This document shows, one piece after another, positions 1 to 11,832 of a stretch of DNA of 63,860 nucleotides. Every line of letters starts with the position of its first letter. The stretch's first letter is position 1. Below the pieces are notes generated by a model. The model did no database searches. It was not told where the DNA came from and saw only the letters and a list, made by a program, of their open reading frames with translations. Position numbers and translations under genes: made by a program. This DNA comes from Chiloscyllium plagiosum (taxonomy: Eukaryota), in contig NC_057749.1 in NCBI RefSeq assembly GCF_004010195.1, forward strand, positions 15,196,436 to 15,260,295, written 5' to 3'.

Positions 1-310
1 AGTGAGAGAGTGTGTGTGTGTGTGTGTGTGAGTGTGTGAGAGAGAGAGAGTGTGTGTGTGTATGAGTGTGTGTGTGTATGTGAGTGTGTATGTGAGAGAG
101 TGAGTGTATGTGAGAGTGAGTGTGTGTGTGAATGAGTGTGTGTATATGAGAGAGTGAGTGTGTGTGTGTATGAGTGTGTGTGTGTATGTGAGTGTGTATG
201 TGAGAGAGTGAGTGTGTGCGTGTATGAGTGTGTGTGTGTATGTGAGTGTGTATGTGAGAGAGTGAGTGTGTGCGTGTATATGAGAGTGTGTGTGCGCGCG
301 CGTGTGTGAG
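1..310. repeat. Compound (TG)n/(AG)n microsatellite
   Basis: Interleaved TG, AG and TATG runs. Confidence 0.95.
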
Positions 311-869
311 AAAGCGGGCGAGTATGTTTGCACAGGAACTTCGAACGAGAACAATCAAAAACTGGCGACAAGTTTCGCTCCCCATTCCTCAGGCTCCCAT
401 GTAAACAAGGTGCCTGTAAGCTGCAGTGCGTGTGCGGTTGTGACTACCTGCAGCAGGAGAGAGGGAGCGAGAGAAAAAAAACAGGTGTCATGATTCAGCA
501 TCAAATAACATTCTCCGGAAAGGCTTTTTATTGTTTGCATTCCCATAGGCAGGCAAGTGAAAGAATAAAGAGCCTTGTGAAAACATGCTCACGGAGCTAC
601 AGACACACAGTCACACACATTCCTTCGAGATGATAAAGCCTGTTCCATAGGCCTCGACAATCGATTCCTGTGGTTTATCCATCCGCTTCATGGACCAATG
701 ACTAATCCACCAGGAATTCTTTTTAAGGAATAATTATAATCCCACTTGAAGGAACATTGTCCCCTTTCCTCCAGCTTAATTAGCTCTGCTACAGGAAATG
801 CAACTTTCGTCACCTCCATTTCAACTCCGCTCCAAAGTTCAAATCAGTGTCTGAAAAGAACAGAAGAAA

Positions 870-1460
870 CAGGAGCTAGAGGAAGGCATTTCAGCCTGTT
901 CCACCATTCAGGGTCAATCTTTGACTTCAACTCAATCTTCTTTCCCTAGCCCTGCATCCCAGGTATTTTTTCAATATGAACAAATCTCTCATTTGCCACC
1001 TTGAACATAACTGAACTCCCACTGCCCTCTGGGGAGAGGGATTCTAAAGATGCAACACCTTTCAAGTGAAAAAAATCCCTCCTCATTTCAGTCCTAAATG
1101 GACTGATTTTTATCTTGCGATTGTATCTTCTGGTTCTAGAACCCTCCCTGCCCAACATTTAGGGGGTAATATGCTTCCTGTACCAACTCTGCTGAATCCT
1201 GGAAGAATTTTATACGGTTCGACAAGATCACCTCACGTTTATCTAAACTCCACAGAATACAGGCCCAATTCATCAGATCTTTCCTCCATCCCAGGATTAC
1301 TTTGATAAATCTTCACTGTACCCTCTCAAAGATAAGTCTATCTTTAGCTGAGGAGGCCAAATCTGCATACAGTGCTCCAGATGTGGTTGCATCAGGGCTC
1401 TACATAAAGGCAGCATTATTGCTGGACTCAATCTTCATGTAATAAAAGTCAAGTTGTCAT
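870..1460 (-). mobile_element. Old CR1-clade LINE 3' fragment
   Basis: Minus strand reads ...IKISPFRTEMRRDFF..., a degenerate CR1 ORF2 C-terminus plus tail. Confidence 0.65.
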
Positions 1461-1589
1461 TTGTTAATAACTAAATCTCCTGCCCAATGTATTATTTTAC
1501 CAGTTTACACAGACAGACAGAATCTATTTTACTCCAGTTGTAAAAGTGCTGCACTACGCAGAGCTCACCTTTTAATGTTCACTGCGGGA

Positions 1590-1800
1590 TTGAGGGGGTG
1601 CCGCACTGTCACTGGTGCTGTCTTTCAGACCAGATGCTCAACCAAGGCCTCCCCTCAGGGGATCACGAGTAAATCCCATGGCCACTGTTTCAGAGATATG
1701 TCCTAGTGCTTTGGAAAGTATTGAACCCCTCAACCAAAAAGAAGAATGGGCTAATGCTGTGGGATCTTGCTGTGCCAACGTTGAGCTGGTTGGACCAACA
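1590..1800 (+). mobile_element. Degenerate DeuSINE-like (SacSINE1/AmnSINE-type) element
   Basis: gcactgtc..ggtgctgtctttcag, aaatcccatggccactgtttc and gtgggatcttgctgtgc motifs recalled from Deu-domain SINEs. Related pieces at ~50530-50575 (+), ~58800-59240 (-), ~61690-61930 (-). Confidence 0.5.
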
Positions 1801-1829
1801 TACACTAGGGTTCATAAGATCAAGAGAGA

Positions 1830-2740
1830 ACCTTATTGATATATAGAAAAGCTCAACGGGTCTGGATTGGCAGGGGGGGGGGGGGGGGGGGGGGGAGAGA
1901 GACTAGGAAAGGGGCACAGTTTGGGACCAAGACCTCCCTTTTTCAGACAGAGCTGGGGAGAATTCCTTTCTGATAGTGGATCATCAGCCTCTGGAATTCT
2001 CTTCTTGAGAAGAGTGGTGGAGGTTGGGTGACTAAACGGATTCAAGGCTGAAGTTGGTGGACATTTGATGTACAAGAGGGTGAAGGGTTATTGGAGGATT
2101 GGGGAAGTGGAGCTGACACCACAACTTGATCTTCCTGTAAGAAGGGGCAGGGTCAACGGGCTGAATGGCCTATTCCTACTGACATGCCTGATGTTGGAAT
2201 GTGCACATTGCTGACTACTTCACTCAGCTAGGCTGGATCAACTGGGTCCCTATCTACTGGGAACCGGAGAGGACCTGATTGAAAACCATAACCTGCGCTC
2301 AGCTCGGAGAGGGATGGTGCAGTGATGGGAGTGCGTGGAAGTCAGGACAAAGCCTCACAGGTCAGTGTAAGGAAGAAACAATTCCAAACTGAAACAAGGA
2401 GTGACTTCTTCAGAGAGTGATTTCTCCACCACCTGATATGGCAGAGGGTCAACTGACTGAGGTTTGGATTCTGAGGAAGGGTCACTGGACCCAAAATGTC
2501 AACTGTTTCTCTCCCCACAGATGCTGCCTGACCTGCTGAGTCTTTTCAGCAATTTCCGCTTTTTTTCACCGAATATGTTTAAGAAAGAACGTGATTTGCA
2601 GAGGCTAATGGTATCAAAGTGTATTGGGGGAAGGGAGAGTCAGGGGGGCGTGCAAGGGTTGATGTTGGGATAGAGGGTCAACCATTATGGAGGCAAGAGT
2701 TCTAGGGGCCAAAAGGCCGACAGCTGCTGCTACTTTCTAG
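1830..2740 (+). mobile_element. Two decayed CR1 3' fragments, the second interrupted by a PLE end (2465-2565)
   Basis: ctctggaattctctt...gtggtggagg and ggctgaatggcctattcct tail motifs; the insert carries CTGAGGAAGGGTCACTGGACCC...GATGCTGCCTGACCTGCTG. Confidence 0.6.
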
Positions 2741-3199
2741 GATTCTGTTGTGAAATGAAATTGGCATGAGCGTAGGTCATTGAAATATGCTGCACATTCC
2801 CCTCAGTGCCCATGACATGAGACATTCCTACTGCCATCTGGATCACATTTGCACCTTCCTACTTTCTCTCTCTCTCTCACATACACACACACACACACAA
2901 TCACATGTGCATTCCGACGCAGGCCTGTGTAACCGCAGCAACTGTGACCCTGGGTCCCAGATGTCTAAAAACTTGTCATGTCTCCTCCATATCCCCCTCC
3001 TGGACCGAGATCTCAATTTCAGCCCAACTTCAGGTGTGTTCAGGCACTTCTCCACCAGGGGGCAGAGATGTTTAAAAAAGCTCCATTCATTTCAATGCAC
3101 CTAGTTTATTTCTCTGACTAACTCCAGGTTTGTTAAAGTAAAGAGATATCGTCACGGATATTCACAGAAACATAAAGCCACCTTCCACACTGAGCCTGA

Positions 3200-3322
3200 A
3201 AGTAAAGCTCCCTCTCCAATTTTAAACAGAAAGTAAAGCTCTCGCATCATTGTTCCCCATCAAACACTCCCAGGACAGGGACAGCATGAGGTTAAGATAC
3301 AGAGTGAAGTTCCTCTACATTT
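3200..3322 (+). repeat. Dispersed ~68-bp satellite unit (AAAGCTCCCTCTACACTGTCCCCCATCAAACACTCCCAGGACAGGGACAGCA...)
   Basis: The same unit occurs reverse-complemented in tandem at 15820-15988 and 20780-21045. Confidence 0.8.
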
Positions 3323-3427
3323 TCCACAGGGCTCACTAAAAAGTCTTGCATTGATATAGCAGCTATATTCAAGCCAAGGATATTCTAAAGCACTTTACAT
3401 CGAATTAAATATTTTTTGAACCATACT

Positions 3428-3929
3428 TAGATTAGACTCCTGACATTGCAGAAACAGGCTCTTCGGCCCAACAAGTCCACACCGGGCTGTTTTCATGGAG
3501 CATCAGAGGCTGAGGGGTGACCTTATAGAGGTTTACAAAATTATGAGGGGCATGGATTTTGGAGGGATATGGGCCGGGTGCTGGCAGGTGGGACTAGATT
3601 GGATTGGGATATCTGGTTGGCATGGACGGGTTGGACCGAAGGGTCTGTTTCCATTCTGTACATCTCTATGACTCGATGACCCTCCAGAGAATAACCCACC
3701 CAGACCCATTCCCCTCTGAATGATGCACCTAACACTACGGACAATTTAGCATGGCCAATTCACCTAACCTGCACATCTTTGGACTGTGGGAGGAAACCGG
3801 AGCATCCGGAGGAAACCCACGCAGACACGGGGAGAATGTGCAAACTCCACACAGACCCGAGGCTGGAATCAAACCTGGGACTCTGGTACTGTGAGGCAGT
3901 AGTGCTAACCACTGAGCCACCGTGCGGCC
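3428..3929 (-). mobile_element. HE1-type tRNA-derived SINE with a nested, oppositely oriented CR1/HER1 3' fragment (~3485-3678)
   Basis: tRNA-like head gggccgcacggtggctcagtggttagcactactgcctcacag on minus; SINE sequence stops at 3484 and resumes at 3679 around a + strand LINE tail. Confidence 0.85.
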
Positions 3930-5114
3930 CACTTATTGACTTACTGTATGAAATGCAATGACCAATTTGCATATAAGCTCTCACATATGATAGATGGTGT
4001 TGTTTGAGAGACAGAAATTCTCCAGAACCCTATAGATAACTCACCTACTCTGAAATTGTGCCAAGATATCTTTTGCATTGTTTCACAGGCCGGTGAGAAC
4101 CCAAGGTTAATGAAATAGTACAGCAACGCTCAGGTACAGAATTGTTGAGCTGCAGCCCGATAAAGATAGAAGATCAGAGCACAACTCAGTGATTAAGCTG
4201 GGAATTGGATGCTGGGGAAGTGAACTGGTCGAGCAGTCCCACGTGTTTGTGGACTGGCCTGCTGCTGGGCTGGACTCTGACCTGCTGGGATCTGCCTGTG
4301 CCTCTGGAGAGAATGGGAAGTTTAAAAATAAAACACACAAAGGCCGGGCTGTGTGTGAGAGATGAGGAGAGTACAACTGTGGGCCAGCTGGTGACAGAAT
4401 GACATCAGTTCTTGTGGAGGGTTGGGGAGGGGGGTTTAAAGCTTTTGGTTATGACTGTTCCACATCCAGTTAACGTATGTCAAACTATGGGCTTCGAAAT
4501 AGCTAGGTTCAGAGAACAGCTTACAACTTCTTACAACTGTCTGACTTCAGGTTTTAATGTTGGTGTCTCCCTCCTCTCACTCACTCCTCCCTCCCTCCTC
4601 CTACATCTCACCTTCTCCAACTGTCGACGGTTCTGCTAATTACTTGCTGCACTTTTAATCCACCCACCTTCCCCCCACCCCCACCCCCCGCCCCCCACCA
4701 CCACCTTCCACTTTCTCTTCGAAAGCCCTGATCAATCTCATGTACAAATTCACTGTGAAAAATGTAAACACATCCTGTTTCTCCTGACCCTCACCACCAC
4801 CCCCAAGCCCAACCCACGGAGAATAACAATTCCACTGTTTCACCACCGGACTCTAAGCCTCACAGCCTGTTTCTCAATCGGCTGAGGAAATATTCAGGTG
4901 AGGAGAGACAGGGTGGACTGCACTTGTATTCACTGGAGCTCAGAAGAATCAGAGTGGACCTCAGTGAAAGATATTAAACTCTGACAGGGCTGGACAGACT
5001 GGACACAGGTATATCCATTTTAGGGCCTGAACACCAGCTTCCATGTCCTTTACTCACCTCCCCCCCCCCCCCACCCCAGGCCCCCCCGTTGCCCTAGGCT
5101 CCCCTCCGCCCCAG

Positions 5115-5555
5115 GTCGCCAATGATTCCGACTCTACCACTCCCACGGGCAGCGCATTCCATGCCCCCACCACTCTCTGGGTAAAGAGCCCACCCCTGAC
5201 ATCTCCCCTATACGTTCCACCCTTCACCTTAAATTTATGTCCCTTTGTAACACTCTGTTGTACCCGGGGAAGAAGTTTCTGACTGTCTACTCTATCTATT
5301 CCTCTGATCATCTTATAAACCTCTATCAAGTCATCCCTCATCCTTCGCCGTTCCAACGAGAAAAGGCCTAGCACTCTCAACCTATCCTCGTACGACCTAT
5401 TCTCCATTCCAGGCAACATCCTGGTAAATCTTCTCTGCACCCTCTTCAAAGCTTCCACATCTTTCCTAAAGTGAGGCGACCAGGACTGCACACAGTACTC
5501 CAAATGTGGCCTTACCAAAGTCCTGTACAGTTGCAACATCACCTCACGTGTCTTG
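5115..5555 (-). mobile_element. CR1/HER1 LINE ORF2 3' fragment
   Basis: LYRTLVRPHLEYCVQSWSPHFRKDVEALKRVQRRFTRMLPGM...FTQRVVGAWNALP. Confidence 0.95.
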
Positions 5556-6499
5556 ATATCAATTCAATTCATCAAGCGTGCTTTTAGCTGCCTCACCTTC
5601 TCTCCCTCTGCGCTCCATCTCCACCTATCCGCTCACTCTTTCCTCACACTTCCCCCACCCCCACCCCTCCGCTGGACCCCCTCGTCCCCAAACACAACCC
5701 AAACTTCTGCAGCAGTTATAGATCAAACTTTGTAACAAACTTACAAACCGGCATTCTGAGTGAACCAGCAAAAGGTATCTACCTCAACGCTGACACAATC
5801 TCCACGATATCAGAGTAGTCAGTTAAGGATATGAGTGAGGCAGCTCCCTGCTGGTAAGTGGTGGCTGCAGGTATGGGTACAACAATTAAAAAAACACTTG
5901 GACAGGTACATGGACAGGAAAGGTTTAGAAGGATATGGGTGAAACACAGGTAAGTGGGACTAATTGAGTTTGGGAAACTTAGTCAGCATATATGAGTCGG
6001 ACCGAAGGGTCTGTTTCCATGCTCTATGACTAAGTTTTATTTAAGGCGAAGTTGCATTTTATTTAAGTGATTGATGTTTTAAATAAAAGCATTACAGTGA
6101 TGTGTATACCCCCTGCATTGCACTTCAATTACTCAGTTTGTATTTTTACATTGTAGATCTCTCGATCAACCAGCATATTTGATTAACCCATACTTCTGGT
6201 CCCATGGGGACCCGTTAATTTTAAAAATTTGCTTTCCCACCGTTTGCTAGTTACTATCAGTTCCAAAGACCAGTCACTGGACTCGAAACATTAAATCTAC
6301 TTTCTACTTCCGCAGATGTTACCAGGCCTGCTGAGCTTCTCCAGCTATTCTGGATGCAGTGAAGATATTTCCCCTGATGAGGACTCGGTAACCATGAGTC
6401 CCAGTCTCAGCGAGATTCCAGGTAAACCGTTTAGCACGGAGATGAGGAAGCATTTCTTCCCTCAGAGGGTGGGGAGCCTGTGGAATTCTCCACTGTTGG

Positions 6500-7130
6500 T
6501 CCCAGAAATGAAAAGCTTAACATTAGAGGAACATTTGAGGACTCTGGGTCTATACTTGATGGAATTGAGAAGGATGAGGGGAGGGGGGGGGGGGGTCTAA
6601 TTAAAATATACAGAATACTGAATGGCCTGAAGATGTTTCCATTGGTAGGACAGACTAGGACCCAAGGGCACAGCCTTGGAGTAAAGGGAAGACCTTATAG
6701 AATGGAGATAAGGAGAAATGTCTTCAGCCAGAGAGTGGGGAATCTATGGAATTCATTGCCAAAGGTGGCTGGGAGGCCAGGTCATTGAGTGTATTTAAAA
6801 CAGAGACGGATAGGTTCTTGAGTACCAAGGGGATCAAGGGTTCCATGGAGAAAGCGAGAGAATGGGGTTGAGAAACTTATCAGAGCTGAAAATGTGTTGC
6901 TGGAAAAGCGCAGCAGGTCAGGCAGCATCCAAGGAGCAGGAGAATCGACGTTTCGGGCATGAGCCCTTTTTCAGGAAGGGCTGCGGCGCTTTTCCAGCAA
7001 CACATTTTCAGATTCGATCTCCAGTGTCTGCCGTCCTCACTTTCTCCTTGAGAAACTTATCAGCCATGACTGAATGGCAGAGCAGGCTCAATGGGCTGAA
7101 TGGCCTAATTTATGCTCCAATATTTTATGG
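6500..7130 (+). mobile_element. CR1 3' fragment containing a PLE-derived fold-back insert (6884-7047)
   Basis: LRTLGLY...RRMRG / FSQRVGNLWNSLP; insert flanked by the 16-bp direct repeat TTGAGAAACTTATCAG. Confidence 0.85.
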
Positions 7131-7177
7131 TCAAGACCAAGTCATTGAGAAATGTTTAAGCAATAGGCAGATTTCTA

Positions 7178-7460
7178 CAGTGGCTCAGTGGTTAGCCCTG
7201 CTGCCTCACAGCACCAGGGGCCCAGGTTTGATTCCAGTCTCGGGTGACTGTCTGTGTGGAGTTTGTATGTTCTCCCCGTGTCTGCGTGGGTTTCCTCCCA
7301 CAGTCCAAAGATGTGGGGGTCAGGTGAATTGGCTGTGCTAAATTGCCCATAGTGTTAGGTGCATTAGTCAGGGGTAAATATATGGGTGGGTTACTCTTCG
7401 GAGGGTCAGTGTGGACTGGTTGGGCCAAAGGGCCTGTTTCCATACTGGAAATCTAATCTA
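7178..7460 (+). mobile_element. HE1-type SINE
   Basis: gtggctcagtggttagccctgctgcctcacagcaccaggg head, body gtgtggagtttg...ccacagtccaaagatgtg and ATCTA tail. Confidence 0.9.
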
Positions 7461-8591
7461 AAAACATAAGAAACAGGAGAACTTGTCCCCTCACACCTGT
7501 CCTGCCATTCAGGATGATCTTGGATGATTGGACATAGAACTGGACACTGTTTAATTCCTTCTAGCTCACAACTCTCTGATCTTCCAACAACCCCTCTCCA
7601 TCCTCTTTAAATACTTTCAATGATCTCACCTCCACAATTCTCTACGGTAGGAAATTTTAAGCATTCACTACTCTGAGGGAAGAGATTCCTTTACATCTCA
7701 GCTTTCAACCAGTGCCTTCTTATACTCGAAAGAGGTCAAGGGGGAGAGAAAGAAAGCACAATTCTGGCCATGATCACTTTCAACGGCACAGCAAGCTCAA
7801 TGGGCCGATTCGCCTATCCTACATTTCTTCGGTGAAAGATAATCAACCGAAAATGGTTTCTCTCTCCACAGACGCTGTCCGAATTGCGGAGTTTTTGCAA
7901 GCGTTTTTTTTTTGTTCTTATTTCAGATTTCCATCAACCACGGAAACTTTGTTTTTAGATTGTTTCATAATTACCCCTCCCAGCTGCAGTGGGAAGATAC
8001 CAGCCAGGATCGCACTTGTTACCTTTACCTGAAGGGTAAGGGGGGAGGGACGGGCATTTGGCAGAACTTGTGGGGGGGGGGGGGGTGAAGGTCTCCCACC
8101 AGGAGAATAGATTTGAACCTGTTTCGAATGAATCTATTCTTGGTTCAAACCTTCTCATCCACATTCGGTCTTTAAAACCATTGCATTTCGTGCCACAGCG
8201 GCCCTGTCCTCCTCCTCTCCTCTACATTCACAGTGTTTTAGTATCTGCACCTGAGGGGAGGTAAGGAGCAGCAAAGCAACAGAGTTTAAAACCAGAAGGT
8301 GCCCCCTCTCCTTGCCCAACTTTCTTTCTGTCGCCCATGCCGCTGTTTGGTCGTAGAGCTGGCCAGCCACTCCCTGAGAGCGCCAGGCTGGTAAATAGCA
8401 GCAAGCTATCTGACTGCGGAGGGAAGCACAGTTAAGTGCGGCCCTATCCCCATTCCCCAGACAAGGATCATTCTAGCACTAGGACAGTGGATGCTGGGAG
8501 CTAGGCCTTGAGGCCATCCATCCAATGCCCATTGGGGCCCAAATGGAGGCCTTTTGGCCAGGCCAGCATTTATTGCTCATCCTAATCTCAC

Positions 8592-8960
8592 ACCACCAGG
8601 TTATTGTCCAACAGGTTCATTTAACTGCACGAGTTTTTGGAGCACTGATCCTTCATCAGGTGGTTGTGGAGTATAAAATCAAAAGACATAGAACTTATAG
8701 CAAAACACTATAGTGTCACACGGCAATTGTATTAAACAAACCTGGATTAAGTCTTTCATCTTCTAGAGTGGGTTGCAGGTTTCGGTTCATTAATATGTAA
8801 ATCCCAGAACTACTTTTAAGTCACCTTCTTGAGATAATTTAAGGTTTTATAACAAAAGGTTACATCTCAGCTCAGAGAGTATATGAAACATGTGAGGTCA
8901 GAGTCTGTCTGTATCCCAATCTTGAGTCAGACTGGTTCTATTTCCAAAGCGGAATTGACA
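8592..8960. mobile_element. Non-autonomous repeat with CACCAGGTTAT...AACAGGTT terminus (probably PLE-derived)
   Basis: Shares terminus and body (ctttcatctt..agagtgggttgcaggtttc.gttcattaatatgtaaat) with 57380-57730 and terminus with 29815-29965; contains ccttcatcagg (CTGATGAAGG on minus). Confidence 0.6.
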
Positions 8961-9114
8961 AAATATTACACAATTGTAACATTTAAAAGGCATCTGGATG
9001 GGTACATGAATAGGAAGGGATATGGGCCGGTTGCTGGCAGGTGGGACTAGGTTGGGTTGGGATATCTGGTCGGCATGGACAGGTTGTTTCCGTGCTGTAC
9101 ATCTCTACGACGCT

Positions 9115-10385
9115 GTGGGTCTGGCCAGATAAGGACAGCACTTTCCTTCCCTGAAGGCCATTAGAGAACCTGATGTACTTTTCCCAACAATCCAAAATGG
9201 ATTCATGGTCATCATTAGACTCTTAATTCCAGATTTCCATCGAATTCTACCATATGCGGTGAGGGGATTCGAACCTGGGTCCCCATGACATGACCTGGGT
9301 CTCTGGACAGTTCAGCAATAATACCACTAGGCCATCACCTCCTCTTCTCTTGTGATGTGGTAAAATAGGCTCATCACCAAGAGAGACAGAGGCGTCAGGA
9401 TCCTGGGGACCTGTCCAGCTGTGCTCAGAGTCTCCTTTCGCTTTCCTGCTTTCGTACTTGGCATTTATGGCGACATTTCAGCCTTGGCTCCACAGCCGTG
9501 CTCTGCTATGAGCAAACAAAAGGTCTCAGTCTGCCGGGCTGCTCCAGAAAGTTTAATTCCAATCAGAGGATTAATGCAGAATGTGCGCGCTGGGTTCACA
9601 GCACTGCACAAAGGGTCAGCTGAGGTAATGAGGGACTTCGAAATCAGTGTCTATGGAAAGTAAGAACTGCAGTCAAAATGAAAAACAATCCCTTACTCTC
9701 ACGGATGGAAGGGAAAAACAAGACCCATTTCAATTGTTTATACTTCACGTCTGACCTCAGCACTGGGTATTTTGTTTAATCCTTTCGTGTGGATATAGGC
9801 ACCAATAGCAAAGGCCAGCACTTTGCTGTTCAACTCCGTGGCTTGCTAGTCCAGGTGGGTTTGGAGTCACATATAAATCACACTGGGTAAGGAAGGCAGA
9901 TTCCTTCCCCTCAAGGGCCAGGTGGGGCTTTTATATGGTGACGCACTTCCGGGACACTGTTACCAGGAGCAGCTTTTCAGCTCCAGATTTTAAAAAATTA
10001 ATTCATCTGAATTTGTTGGTCGAATTGAAATCCCATTAGGTGCCACCGAGGGATTTAATCCCGGGCCCTAGTGTAGGACTCTGGATTCCTAGCCCAGTGA
10101 TACTATCATGGCCAGTGTATCCCTGATATCATCAGCTCAGATCAAACCTGGAATCGAAAGCTAATCTCCACAATGGTGACCATGACAACTATCATCAACT
10201 GTTATAAAAAGCCACCGAATGCCCTTTCGGGAGGGAAATTGGCCATCCGTACCCCATCTGGCCTACATGTGACTCCAGACCCACCTACGAAAATGGCTTA
10301 GCAAGCCCCTCCACTCAAGGGTAGATAGAGATAGGCAGAAAACGTTGGCTTTGCCAGGGAAGCCCAGGTCTCATGGAAGAGTAAC
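9115..10385. mobile_element. Cluster of three copies of a second SINE family (9115-9345 -, 9770-10120 -, 10140-10385 +)
   Basis: Shared ttccttccc..aagg, ggattcgaacctggg (B-box-like) and tggcctacatgtgactccagaccca motifs; another copy at ~43010-43335 (+). Confidence 0.7.
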
Positions 10386-11832
10386 AGAGAAAGGAACCAC
10401 ATTTCCCAGCACCAACGACAAGACAGCAACCAAAAACGCTGCTGAGACATCCTGAAAACAGAGGCTGCGCAGCCAGAGATCAGGATCAAACCTGGAACGC
10501 TCTGGGCTGGAGCCAGCAGTGCCTTTCCTTACTGCTGGCTCTCTCCGGTTCACCGAGAGCCCTCTGCTCTTGTTTAAATGATATTCCTTGTTGGCCAACC
10601 CTCAGCTGTTTAATCGCCTCCCCCATCATCTCAGCTCAACAATAGCGGGAGGGAACTGAGCCAGAGACGGCCGAAAGACTCAAGGCTAGGGCCTTTCCTG
10701 GAGATTGAGTGATCATGGATGGTCCACTCGCTAACCAGTCCATGCCTAAGGGATCAACTTGATTAGCCATGGAAAATGCACGGTTACAGGGGGTGGGTCT
10801 GCGTGGGATACTCTTTAGAGGGTCAGGGTTGACTTGATGGGCTGAATGGCCTGCTTTCACACTGTAGGGATTCTATGAACGGTCACTTGGAAGAGGCATC
10901 AAGTCAGACAGGAGACAATACCCACCCAGAGACAGAGACACATAAGGGCTTGTAGGACATCTCTTGGCTGGTTAAGTCAGTGAGATCAGCAGCAGAGAGA
11001 ACGATTATTTCAACAGAACAGACGGGGCGGCTCAGTCCGAGGATGAGGGAAGTACTCCATTAGTCTGCATTGTCTTGTGTGTTTAGGCAATTGGATGTCA
11101 GTTTGCACGGCCATCAATTACAAAGCTTTTTCTCACTCCGAGCTGCACAGTGAACCGTACACATTGCACAACCCAACAGATGACAGTGGACAAATAAATA
11201 ACAAGCCCCTGAATAACAATATAAATTATCCTGTACAGAATGTTCCAACCGCCATTAGTCAAGGTCCAGTGAGCCCACCGCAATGACAAGGGTGGGGGCC
11301 ATTAAAGGCTCCATTGTGTGACAGTGGGGGGGGGGGGGTGGGGGGGCAGAGCGCCCGGGGTGTGGGTATTGTCACCAGCGAATGTGCACTCAGTGGCTCC
11401 GCACTGAAATGAAGCATCACACGACGGGAATATCTCCCCAACAACCCCAAACTGTGGGAGCGCGGGGCGCAGGGCTGGAGCTGATGGATTACTCATTGCC
11501 CCCCGCCCCCCCGAAGGGGGTTGGGGATCCTGGTTGTGGGCTCTGTTCCTGATTGCCAGGCCGGGAGGGTGAAAGGACACTGCTTCCATCATCTGCGTGA
11601 CAAGACACACGTGAGCAGCAGGAATCCAAACATCAGAGAAACACTGCACTGGGAAACCCCAGGGAGATGTACCCTCTTCCCCAGGGACCAGGCGCATGCA
11701 ACAACATGTGAACAAACGCAAAAACAGTCTCAGAACAAACAGGAGGCTGCTCAGTATAAGCAACGTGCTTCACTGGACACGGGAAAGCTAGGAAAAGTCC
11801 CTCTCTACCTGCCTGGATTAACACTGCATGGG

